Below are positions 39,651 through 50,748 of a stretch of 64,000 bases of DNA, piece after piece. The translations under genes were made by a program, and so were the position numbers. Positions within the stretch are counted from its first letter, which is position 1. Each line of letters opens with the position of its first letter. The stretch is from Trichosphaerium sp. ATCC 40318 (taxonomy: Eukaryota; Protista; Tubulinea). The stretch lies in the NCBI GenBank assembly GCA_038496445.1, contig JALMLS010000056.1, forward strand, positions 310,001 through 374,000. Direction: 5' to 3'. The notes below the pieces were generated by a model that ran no database searches, was not told the origin of the DNA, and saw only the letters and a program-made list of their open reading frames with translations.

Positions 39651-40421
39651 ACAAGAAACACGTCGGTTGTGTATCGAAATCATTCATTTTTTCTTTTGGA
39701 ATACACGACGTTACCGACTGTCGAAAAAAAAAGATGTGTTGACTTTTTTTCAAGTTAATGTAATAAAAAGTTTAACGAAAAGCAGACTGAGTTTTGTTGA
39801 AATCGGCAACCTTTTTGACTAGCAACATTTCGCTTTTCTCAAACAACTTATTCCATGGCTATGCTGTCAAACTGCCAGCTACTGTTGAGTTCATGGTAGA
39901 CACCACCATGTGGCTCAATAACTTGTTTTAGCACTCAGATATGCAGGTGCGAATAGGATGACGCTTGGTATTATAAAACTATAGTCAAGGTGCTAGGGAG
40001 TACAACCAACGAAAAATTAACAACGCCGCTTCCTCACTGCGAGGCTACATTTTTTTATTACTATGGCAAACGTCTAAAAGACACAGTCGTCACATTATTT
40101 GTCACGATGATGAGGTGCGAGGTACGAGTTTTAGTTAAGTATGTTTATATTAATGTTACATTGTAGTTATCGTCACATTATTAGCTATTAGTTTTCTCTG
40201 GAGATGAATTCTAGATGAGGGAATAAACAAACTTATACCTGCTTCATTCACTAGTAGTCCATGAAAGCCATCAACTTCGTAGACAGTTCAAGGCTCTATG
40301 TCTGCTGTAACTCGGATGACTATGAAGCAAAAAAATCTCATAATATGTGACTTTGGTGGAGGCGCAAGGTATTGATTGTCTGCTAATGGCTTGAAATATC
40401 GGCTTGGCTAAATGGAATAAA

Positions 40422-40466
40422 GGACATGCACGGGTTTGTTTATTTTTTTTACGAAATCTTTCGAGA
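40422..40466 (+). repeat. Left terminal inverted repeat
   Basis: GGACATGCACGGGTTTGTTTATTTTTTTTACGAAATCTTTCGAGA, 42/45 identical to the reverse complement of 47695-47739. Confidence 0.95.
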
Positions 40467-40508
40467 ATATACGTAACTATTCGAAGGTTTCCGAAAAAAC
40501 CCGAGTGT

Positions 40509-41506
40509 TTATTCATTAGCAAATACATGGCTCCATGGGCCCACAGGCAAGTACCGTACTCTTTGCTTAAGTACTATGTTTGACAGGTGTGCAGTGACAT
40601 ACAAGCAAGCTTGCAACAACTCTATTCGGCCCCGAAAGGGTGTTTGGAACATAGTGTGAGCAGTAAAGTACCCGTTGATGTGTTCAACACGACCACGATA
40701 GTGTTGCATAATCACGTTGAAGTACAGCTCATCACAGGTAAGTAGCACTCCTCTTCTACAGCGAAATGGAACAATACAGTGTCCACAGCCTTTTCCTATG
40801 TAAGCTCCATCTATTTACTATTAGTACATCCCAAGTACACCTCCCTAACCTGCTAAAAATGCTTCCCAAGGCTCCATAGGATGCAAAGTGTCTGTATCCG
40901 CCCATATCTTGTTATCTGTTTTAGTGCCAAGGTGTGGTCCTGAAAACACAATGATCCGACCAAGAAAGTCAATACCAAGTTGTACCTTTACCACACAGTT
41001 TGCGTACTTACCAGCATACACCCGTGAGCGTATGATACACTTACTTGGTTTGCGTATTATTATTGGGAACGTATCGATAATTCCCGTAACGTATTTTGGA
41101 AAATACTCGCCATGGTTAAACGGATTACTATACAAATGGTTAGCCCTTGAAGATGCTAAGCTATCGTACAGGCGAGACGACCAAGATATTTCTTTGAGCA
41201 CAAGTGATAGATAGTGCAATAACGGTATCAAACGCTCTCGCAATGAGTCTTGTGACTCTCCAAACAAAAACATTTGTCTTGTGGTTGGGTATACATGAAT
41301 GTACAATAAAGCGCTGAACAAGTCACGCTGCACGTACATTGTACCTTACAAAAGGGTTAGCGCGATGTTTTGTCGCAAACGGCGCACATACCCTTAACAT
41401 AGCGCTTCCAAACGTACTTCAGTACCCAACGTGGATACCCTGTTGCAGCGTGCGTTTTAGCATCTGAAATATCATCAAAGGTGAAACTATTGCGCGGTTT
41501 GTTCAT
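40509..41506 (-). CDS. DDE transposase (DDE_Tnp_4 / Harbinger-ISL2 family) with N-terminal HTH
   Basis: Spliced ORF (2-3 introns): AATGYP, LFSALLYIHVYPT...FG, GIIDTFPI (D), YAGKY..VVKVQ...GRIIVFSGPHLG..TD, FLA|DGAY (D) and RGRVEHING (E). No disabling stops seen. Confidence 0.92.
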
Positions 41507-41530
41507 TTTGAAGGTTAAGCGAGTGATAAA

Positions 41531-42124
41531 ATGGAACGCGAAGACGAATACTGCATACCGCCGTTTGTTCCTATAAGCAACACTGAAGTAGTTGTGCGTG
41601 CATTTTTGAATCAACAAATAGGTGGTGAAAGCATCGGGCAGCTACTGTGGAAAGGAATGGTAGAGAAATGGCGTACAATACAAAGACCGGAAGCCATCCT
41701 ACCGCTTTTTGCAGAAGTGTATGACCACTCAAAAGCAAAACCGCGTACAAAGGTGCCTACTGTGGGATCTCTTGTAAACAGGAAGAAGGTAGACGGAACA
41801 GACTTTTTGTTGCTTGTGTTGAGCAAAGATAATGTACGAAACTGATTGTAACGGCTAGTACTGACCGCTAAGGTATTTGAGCAATTGGATACAGAGCTTG
41901 CCAATCAGAAAAAAAGTGGTGTTGCTGACTCGGACATGCAATCACTGGATTACTTTGATACTGAGTTGCGTGACGTGTTGCAAAGCATCATACAGCGTGT
42001 ACAACGCTTGGAAGTGGTTCCTGAAAATGATATTGACGCCACACAAGAAGAAGAAATGCGTAAGCAATTTGTATTTCGCGATAATTTGGACACCAAACTG
42101 TTCAAGTGGAAAAAAAGATACTAA
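41531..42124 (+). CDS. Transposon-borne ORF2, unknown function (~184 aa, 2 exons)
   Basis: ORF 41531 is spliced (GTACGA...CTGAC...TAAG) in frame to VFEQLDTELANQ...KWKKRY*. AATAAA overlaps the stop. Confidence 0.75.
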
Positions 42125-42148
42125 ATAAACTGAGTTGTTGACACATCT

Positions 42149-43743
42149 TTATTGGTATTCATCCGATGCAAATGAGCCGTCAGAAAGTGGTTCATCAGAG
42201 TAATCTTCATACGATGCACTAGCACTTGAGTCATGATCAGAAGAAGGACCAATAACACTATCAATGATGGGCGTACTAACCATAGAACGAAAGTGACCTT
42301 GCTCTTGCCTTTGTTTTGGTGGTATAACAGTACCAGGAATACAAGAGCTAAGGTGACGAGCTGATCCACTCTCATTGCGGATGTGGCTTCTGGAGTCTCC
42401 AGGAGTGTTGTGAGGAAGAACTTTTCGTTTCCGCCTGTTTTTTCTTCGCTCATGTACTTCAGCTCTTATATCACGAGGCTCTTCACTCCTACTATTTTGT
42501 CTACTTGGTACATAGGATGAAAGCGTACGCGGTGGTGGTGTATATGCTGTAGAACTGTCATACGGTGCTTGTGATGGGTTCGGGTTGGGAGAAATAGGCG
42601 ATAAGGGTATATTGGCAAAGTGCATTGGAGAAGGCATTGGAGAAGGCGGTGGAGAAGGATCTAGCCCATGAAAACGCCTTCCTGATATTAGTGTACCCAT
42701 ATTAAAGTCCTTTGGTACTACTCTGGGATGTACTGGTTCCGTTGACTGTCTGGGGCGAGGTCGATTTGAACGAACTCTTGAAACTACATTTTCCACTTCA
42801 TCAATGCGAGTATTATGTGCATTTGAAGCAAGGTCGATGTTTGGGTTTCGCGTAGAAGCACCTACAAAAATATCTTGGTCACCACGCATGTGCTCTTCTG
42901 TGTTGTCACGTTGCTCATCTATCAAACTACACAATGAGAGAAATGGTACAACAGCTAGTTAAGTAAACGTACTGTAACTCTCTCACTCGTTCTCTAAGCT
43001 CCCTTCCAAGTATTATTTCATTGCAAGGGTTAAAAGCAGGTTCTATTCCTTGAGTATGAGTCTCTGCTATAAAGTGAATGAGCGTGTATGCTTTTCGTCT
43101 AGATGCCTCTTGTGACACTTGCAATGTGTCAAAAAATAATCAAGTAAATAAGCGCAAATAGCGTACATAATGGTTCAGGTCTTGGTTGTTCGCTAGCCAA
43201 GCGTTGTAATATTGCCATAAGACTAATACATTGTACGTAATTGAAGTGTCCCTCCTCTATCTTTTTTTTGGTTTCCAAAAAGTGCTGAATGTTAGTTTGC
43301 GGATCATTTGCGACATCAGGAACTTGTCTACGTAAATATTCTGCAGCAGCTCCACGCCCTTGCCTACGAGCATTTGCTATAAGCGTCTAATAACAATAAG
43401 TACGTGGACAATATTGTGTGTTTACCTGTCGCATAACGATTGTATACTCTTTGCTCAATGCGCGTGGTGGAAAGCGTTTGTACCCATTTTTATCAGCAAA
43501 TATTGGGGCTATCTTTGTCCATTGCATAGTCTTGAAGTCTCCAATGCCTTTACGACAACGTTTTTTGTTCAGTGCCTTTTGCGCTTCAGATACCCACACG
43601 CACTCTCGTTCACTCATACTTTTGAATTTAGCTCCGCTTGGGTTTTTTTCAGTCGTTTGTTTGTAAAAGTGGCCTTTGCGAATAGCGTATGCTATGTCAA
43701 TATGCATTTGTGTGTAGTAGTCATTCTGTTGCACTGCTGCCAT
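42149..43743 (-). CDS. Transposon-borne Myb/SANT(trihelix)-like DNA-binding protein with disordered Pro/Ser-rich C-terminus (4 exons)
   Basis: MSERECVWVSEAQKAL...MQWTKIAPIFADKNGYKRFPPRALSKEY fits a Myb/trihelix pattern. Three short introns join it in frame to the 42149-42934 ORF, which has an NLS-like RRKNRRKRK. A Myb partner protein is the norm for Harbinger elements. Confidence 0.7.
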
Positions 43744-43803
43744 CACTTGCACAGTACTTGCAAAGTGCTTTTTCTGCTAAAAAATATTACCATACGCAAG
43801 CGG

Positions 43804-44180
43804 GATTTTAAAAGCACTTCAAAAGCACTTTGGAAGCACTTTAAAAGCGCTTACAAAGTACTTTGCAATCACGAAGAAAAACATTTTGGTTGTGAGAGAA
43901 AAAGTTTGTCGGAGCGGAAAAAACCCAGCGAAGCAGATTTTTAAAAGCACTTTAAAAGCACTTTAAAAGCGCTTACAAAGTACTTTGCAATCACAAAGAA
44001 AAAACATTTTGGTTGTGAGAGAAAAAGTTTGTCGGAGCGGAAAAAACCCAGCGAAGCAGATTTTTAAAAGCACCGTAAAAGTGCTTTTGAAGCGCTTTAG
44101 AAGTACTTATAAAGTACTTTGCAATCACAAAGAAAAACATTTTGGTTGTGGGAGAAAAAGTTTGTCGGAGCGAAAAAAAA
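43804..44180 (+). repeat. Three tandem ~123-132 bp units, each with 4-5 copies of an 11-bp subrepeat (core AAGYRCTT) plus a conserved ~70-bp block
   Basis: Units start at 43804, 43936 and 44059. The shared block is GCAATCAC..AGAAAAACATTTTGGTTGTG.GAGAAAAAGTTTGTCGGAGCG. Confidence 0.92.
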
Positions 44181-44518
44181 GTGCTTTTATTGTACTTTAT
44201 CACCACTTCCGAAGTGCTTTGTAACCACTTTGAAAGTAGTTTTAGCGAAGAAAAACAATAAAAGTGCTTTGCAAGTGCTTGTGAAGTACAAAGAAAGTGC
44301 TTTACCGCTGAAGTGCTTTTTATTGTTTGTCGCCAACTCTGTAGTTTTAGCACGTACACCATACCTTGCAAGCGCTTTTAAGAACTTCACGGAAATAGCT
44401 ATCTACAGCACACATAAAGCATATATTACATACTGTGATCGAGAAGCTCTTTGCAAATGAAATGTCTTAGCGAAAGTGTTGTTGACGGATTTTTGTTACA
44501 ACAATACAATTTGTTTAT

Positions 44519-45620
44519 TCAACCAAAAAATCTGGCATACAGGTAGTTAAGTGGCGAGGTAAGCTGTTGTTCGTCTTCTACTGCAGTAGTATTTGGTGTA
44601 TCTGGTATTTCTTCCATACTCTCACTACGTGGGCTACCTTGTGGAATGAATAGAGAATGTTCTGACATTTCATCAGTATTTAGCGTGCTTGCATCTCTTG
44701 CTGTTTCAACGCTGTTGTTTCTACGTGAAAGAACTTCCTTCAGCTCCTCCACAAAAGATTCTATAGTTTCCTCCACAACAGGCAAGGTGTCATCCATCAC
44801 CTCCTCTACAACTGATGCGCTATCAGTGGAATCCGTCAACTCCTCAACAACTTGTGTGTTATCAACAGAATCCTTTACCTCTCTGAGTGGCTCAAAATCA
44901 ACAGAATCGCCCGACTCATTTGTAGCTGGTGAGTGTGCTTCAGCATCATCAGAATGCATCGAGTCCACTCGTTCAAGGAGGTTATCCAAAGAGTTTATTA
45001 GTTTTTCTGACGCTAAAAACAAAATAAATAATACTGTCAGTAAACGTTGTGATTTTCTTACGTGTGCTTGGAATAGGCTGTCTTCGGATACTTGAAGCAC
45101 CGCTGATAAAGCCATCTCGAGTGTTGATTAGCTCTCTAACACCATCTCCCTCGTGAGTAGCATAGTCAGATGCATGGCTTTGAACATGCCAGTTGATGTC
45201 TTGTAAGGTGATGTTGGTAAGCGGTTCTCCGTTGATAGTGTACCCTTCCTCTAGTATAGTGTAGAGCTTTTCTTGTTCCCACATAGACGCTCTAGCTTTG
45301 AACCAAGCACTTAACCTTTCCCGATCAATAGTGGCGCCAAAAATGTGCTGAACTACAATCGCAATGGCTGACCAATAATACAAGCAATCGTCCAGGTCGT
45401 AGTTTTGTAACGCAAAAAACGTAAACTCCCACAGCGTTTGTGTCATTTCACTAATAGCGGGCAGGTTTCGCAACAACAAGTGCTTGCGATTCGAGTGTAC
45501 ATCTATCCATGCTATTTGTTCTGTCACATAACGAAGTAGTAGTGGCGGATAAGGCTCGTGTATGTTCAAACCAATGAATGTCAGTCCGATACGACACTCG
45601 AAGGTTAGACTAGGCTCCAT
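44519..45620 (-). CDS. Transposon-borne ORF4, unknown function (helical N-terminal domain, acidic C-terminus; 2 exons)
   Basis: ORF 45620 (MEPSLTFEC...) is spliced via GTAAGA...CTGAC...TTTTAG to SEKLINSLD...ARFFG*. AATAAA follows the stop. Confidence 0.75.
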
Positions 45621-45673
45621 TTGTGTGTCAAAGCAAGTATTTTAGGGAAAAAAAGCTTTATTATTTATTAGCA

Positions 45674-47645
45674 ATGGAACGCACTCCACCACGCATTCCA
45701 GATGAGGTACTATTGCTGCGTTGGTGCAACTAACAATACTAGGAACCCAAGTTTTTAAACGTTCTTAGGCGTACACCAACACGCGTCAAGGGTAGCTCGC
45801 AAGCAAAACAGAGGACAAACAAGCTCATAGACCTATTCACAGTAACTCAAAAAAATTTATAATATCATCTTTACCCTACTAGGCGTCACACTCCTTGATG
45901 CCTTGTTCGGAAGTGCCCAGAGGAGCTTTTGTCATGTTTTTGGACAATGAGGACCTTTTTTATGGCTATGCATTCTTTTTTCGAAATTACTTGTACACTG
46001 TTTGTTTCCTTGACAACGGTGTGATCCAAAAAGCAGTGCCCTTACAAGTAAGTTGATAACCAACAACAATACGCTCACTAGTTTATAGATAGCGGTGTGT
46101 GTGTGCTTAGAATACCCTGTTATGACAATGCCAATGAATGCATGCTTTGAGCATTTTTCTACTATTGTTGAGCCCGAGTACACAGATTACCCAATCCCAA
46201 AGATACCTAAAGCCACGCTAGCCATGGTTTATAAGGTATTGCTACAAGTGAACAGCCAAGGGTTAAGTTATACACGTATGTTGCACTTACTTGCGTTCAG
46301 AAGCCCAGAAGATGTTAACAACTTGCTCAGTACGTACTTATAGCTCACTTACACTCACATCTTCTAGGTTCCGAAAACATACCGTTGTGTAACCCACCAA
46401 CAGAATCGCATTCAAAGGCAACAAGCTTTGTAAGGGAAAAACACAGCAATCGTACACAACGTGAACAACCACGAAAAAAGAAAAACCAAACATCAACAGC
46501 AGAAAAACGGCGTTTACGCAGAAATGAGCCTAAGGAGCCATCAAGTGACGAAAGCACAAACGACAATGCTACTTATTACCCTAACAGTGTCGATACAAGC
46601 AGTACGTTACTATTCTCCTTCATTCCGCTAAGCAGCTAAGGTGATGACTGCAGTGTATCATTTGATGAAGAGACTGACAGCGAGGGGTCAACCGATCCAA
46701 TAGAGCCACGTGCGTTCATTCATCTATTATTTTTATAACGTTGCTTTAGGCAAGTGGAACAATGAGAGTATTATTAGTTATGCAAGTGCAATTCGCTTGT
46801 TGAGGCGTGTGTGTGTTGCTGGTACTGATAGTGATGAAGCAGCACGTGTGCGAAGGATGATACAACAAGAACGTAATGCCAGAAAGAAACTCACAGCCGA
46901 AGAGTTAGTAGAGTGTTATAAGTCTGATGAAACTGATGTCAAAAAGTACGTGCTACTTGTCTCCTGTAGTACCATTAATCATTCAAAGGGTGGTCAGGGA
47001 GTGCTTTAAGCAAAGGCGAGCTCATACAAAGAAGCGCACACAACGTTCAAGGGCAAAAAAAACTCGTAGAAGGTAAAATTTTAATATCTAGTGAAGGGCT
47101 AACACTTATGAAGAAGCAGAGTAACGACACGCCAAAAGCAACAGCCTGTGACTTCACAATTGCCTGAGATACATGACTTTAGCAATCCAAAGTTTGGTAG
47201 GCAAGTTTCTTATGGGGCAATGGTTAGCCAACAAGCCTTACATCCAGAAATACGCATGGATGTAAGGTGCAGGGGCTCTAGTCACAACCTTAGTCCAGCA
47301 TCCTCGTCTAGTAGCAATAATTTGATGGTACCTGCTAACACACCGTCACCGTACTTCGACCCTTATGCCCCTGCAAACGATGAGTCCTCGTATCCAAATA
47401 ATAGTGCCATGGCGCCTATAAATCCTGGTACTTATGCTCCTGTAGCTCATAGTACACCTGCACTGACTGAACCATCTAATAATAACCGTGAACCTATTAC
47501 AAACGCTGGTCCTACACACAGTACACCAGAACAACTCAAGATTACAAACAGGAAACTAAATTTTAGTACTACTGGCAAAAAGGTATGGACAGCAGATAAC
47601 AAAAAGGGGAATGTAGCAGCTTTGCGTGATCGCTTCAATAAATAA
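45674..47645 (+). CDS. Transposon-borne ORF5, multi-exon, with a Tudor-like segment, NLS-like basic stretch and disordered tail
   Basis: ATG at 45674. Exons join in frame through GAFVMFLDNEDLFYGYAFFFRNYLYTVCFLDNGVIQKAVPLQ|IAV, PRKKK...KRRLRR and GKWNNES..., ending RDRFNK* with AATAAA. The 3' junctions are less certain. Confidence 0.7.
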
Positions 47646-47694
47646 TAATCATTACTCGTGAAATCTCGGATTTATTCGTTTTTCGTACGAAAAC

Positions 47695-47739
47695 TCTCGA
47701 AAAATTTCGTAAAAAAAAGAAACCAACCCGTGCATGTCC
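47695..47739 (-). repeat. Right terminal inverted repeat
   Basis: The reverse complement reads GGACATGCACGGGTTGGTTTCTTTTTTTTACGAAATTTTTCGAGA. Confidence 0.95.
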
Positions 47740-49684
47740 AAACAAAGTCAGCCAAAATGGCTCAAATGACTTTTTTTTCACGCGCATCACCAGATTTTTC
47801 CTTCATTTTTAAATCCCTTGCCGTTGGTAGTGTCTTCAAAGCTACCTAATACAGTCTTGCTGTTAAGACGTTTAGTAGTCATAATAGGTTTGGTAGTTGA
47901 TGCACATGCACATGGAATAAAGTTGATAAGCCAAGCCGTATGTCAAAAAAAGGTTGCTCTGAGCCACTAGAAAACAATCACTACGGATCGTCTTGCGAGT
48001 GCTTGAAAGCAGAGCACAAGATTTTGTGAATGTATGCTTTATCAAATATCTCCATTGGGACGATTTTTGTATGCAGTTCACACCTCTCATATTAATGATT
48101 TTGCGTATGTGAAGGTACTCCTAGAATGGCTAGCTCCATTGTTAAGATCTAAGTGTAAAATAAATTATTTACTATTTTACGAGTTTTTTTGTGGTTTTTG
48201 TTTTGACTTAACTAAAAAAGCACCAACTGAGCTTCACTGACCACAAACAGATGATTCAAGGCTTGTGTCACCATATAAAGTGCTTGAAATGCAATTCACG
48301 GGTTATTGGCAAAAACAGAGCATATGCTACCAAAATACGAGGGCGTTTCTATAAAGTACCTGCAAATGACGTTTATCGCACGGAAAACGCTGAAAACGTT
48401 AGTTTGAGGCATAAAGAATGAAAGAAAAGCGAGTTCCCAAAATTAACAATTACACAAGCTTTGACAAGCGTTTAAATTACAGAAGTGTCACCTAATGCTA
48501 TTTGTCATGTATTGAGATTAGTTTTAAGCTTGTCGAGCCTTGTGTAATTGATAAATTCCAATATTCTGCACTAGTGGACACTAAGCGATTTTTGGAATTA
48601 AATACCTCAAGAGCTAATTGACCATCCCACACTTTTCATAGTGATAGTCAATATGTGTGGTATTACACAGTGTAATTTATAGCAATAGTTGATGGAGTGT
48701 AGTGACACAGTTTCTTTGAACCTGTTTTTGGTAAATCCTGAAGTATCTCCATTCGAAAACTAAGTTCTGTCTCTAAAACCCCTATAATGGTAAATCATAA
48801 TTACATCAAGCTTTGTGGCTATCTGGTGCAATAAAGTACCCAAGCAAGAGTGAGTTTTTTGACATTTTCATGTAAATATTATGTTCAACAACTTCTTTGA
48901 AAAAGAAACCTCTGTATTTTGATACCAAAATTATCAAATACGCTATAACTGTGCATAAGTGCATCATGATTTATTGAGCACCTGACACCAAAAGGAAACA
49001 TTTGAAAAAGGTTTTTGTGGGTTAGAATGATTGTTCAAAAGAACCACCAATTGACAACAATCAGGTATAGAGACAGGTGACGATAGCTTTATGTGGTACA
49101 CTGAAAGTGATAAAAAATGCATTAAACGAAAGAATGTAATCCTTACTCATCATAATGTAAAAGACTTACCTGCAAAACATGGTGGTGGTAGAGGATAAGA
49201 ATATGATCCCAAGCAGAAATAACTCAGTTTTAGTTTCAATGAAATAGTTGATTGAAGCACACTATTAATTACCAGCAAGTTCTGGTTAATAAATATTATA
49301 GACACATATGCGTTCTGAAGTATACTCAAAAATTGGACATAAATAACGTTTTTGAGGTGTCCTAGAATTTTCTTGAAAGTGTGAACTGCTTACAAAAATC
49401 GTCCCTTATAATTTCTGTAAGGTACCAATCGAACGCGATGCTCTTTCGTCACGGCTTTCGTCTATCGAGTGCAGTGTGTTCTAAAAAAAGTTGTCAAAAC
49501 AAATCATACTGGTTCTGCAGTATTTTGTTACGCTGTCTATTGGAATGAGAGGTAGGAAATGCTTGCTTGTGCTCGGTATTTGTTACGTTATTACGTTGTA
49601 TGCGGTGTAAAGTGTTGAATTCGTTCCAGCTCCCTTTTGGGAAATGAAGCACAAAGAAGTAGAAAAAAGACAATTTTTTTCAAA

Positions 49685-50205
49685 TTATTTTATTACAACA
49701 TTGGTAATATTGTCTTCTTTTAGTCTAGCAGCAAATTTTTTGTTGTAGTATTCTTCCCTCTCCAGGAAATGTTTGTGGTCGTACAGAACCTTGTACACTT
49801 GACGCATTCTTGTCTTGAGTTCTTCAGCTGATGATGGGTTCTTCAAGCCGGGTATTTTAGACAACGCGGCAAAGTAGTCATAACGAGGCCTTTGTGTTAT
49901 TGTTAACCAACATTTTAAAAAAAAACGGACTCATTTTTATATGCTTCAAATCTGACGTACTCTCCTTTCTTTAGAGGTGTAATTCTTGGCATTCGAGGAG
50001 GTTTAGCACAGAAGTGTTTGTGAAACTTCCAATGCTCTTTTTGGCAATCAGTATTACAATAACGCTCTAATTTGCATTTTGAACACCTCAACAGTTTTTT
50101 ATCGCCTGTCGAAGGTTGTTTGCCACAGGTGGCGCAACTGTACCTTCGGATATCGTTTTGGTGTATGTAATCATCGTTTACTCCAGTGAGACTTTGCCTA
50201 GCCAT
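49685..50205 (-). CDS. Small MYND-type zinc finger protein (2 exons)
   Basis: CATC...LLRCSKCKLERYCNTDCQKEHWKFHKHFC. Confidence 0.88.
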
Positions 50206-50748
50206 TACAAGAGTAGTTTATAGATTGGCACGTCAGAATAAATAAAGAATGAAGATAGTCCGATCTTGACTGCAGCCACGTTTGACTAGTTTTTGCAAAA
50301 TGTTCTACAAAGGTAATTTAAAACAATTGGAACTATAGTTTACAAGTATTGAAATCTACCAAAGCAACATGTTGAATTTCTTCAATACTGAGCAACCTTC
50401 ACAAAGATGCCTGTCTACTACATTGGTTCCATATCTTTGAAGAACTTTTTCAGGTACTCGAGCTGGCAAGTAAAGTATGCTATGAAGGGTTTGGACTTGT
50501 ATAGGATGTGCAGCTTTACAGCCGTGCCAAAAGCAGTCAAGACCACTTCCTTACACCTGAACGTCGTATATTCATGAACTATCTTGCAACGCTTGCAGTT
50601 TCTAAATAAAGAGTACGATACTCCGTTTCACAAAACAATCCAGCAAAATAATACTATTGTTAACTGAAACTGCAAAAAAAAAGTAGTTTGACTTTTTCGC
50701 CTAATTTCGCGTAAAAAACTACAAACAAAACATTGATCTCAAGCTAAC

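Larger units (their letters stand above)
40422..47739. mobile_element. PIF/Harbinger-ISL2EU (PHIS/IS5-like) DNA transposon, 7,318 bp, five genes
   Basis: Terminal inverted repeats begin GGACATGCACGGGTT. AAA lies directly on both sides (40419-40421 and 47740-47742). The element contains a DDE_Tnp_4-type transposase and a Myb-like ORF. Confidence 0.92.

Noticed and set aside
40260-40370. ICDFGGG peptide suggesting Hsp70 or a kinase
   Set aside because: It is an isolated 7-aa match amid stops and a frameshift, with no supporting motifs; at most an unidentifiable pseudogene.
43804-44180. Possible CRISPR-like array
   Set aside because: There are no unique spacers (the intervening blocks are near-identical), the context is eukaryotic, and no cas genes are present.
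43360-44460. Several overlapping ORFs (43360-43944, 43985-44224, 43991-44371, 44119-44460)
   Set aside because: They are translations of the tandem repeat or antisense to the Myb exon, and the repeat units differ by non-multiples of three internally.
47743-49500. Exon-like fragments right of the transposon
   Set aside because: There are multiple stops in all frames and no recognisable domain, so I could not build a gene model.
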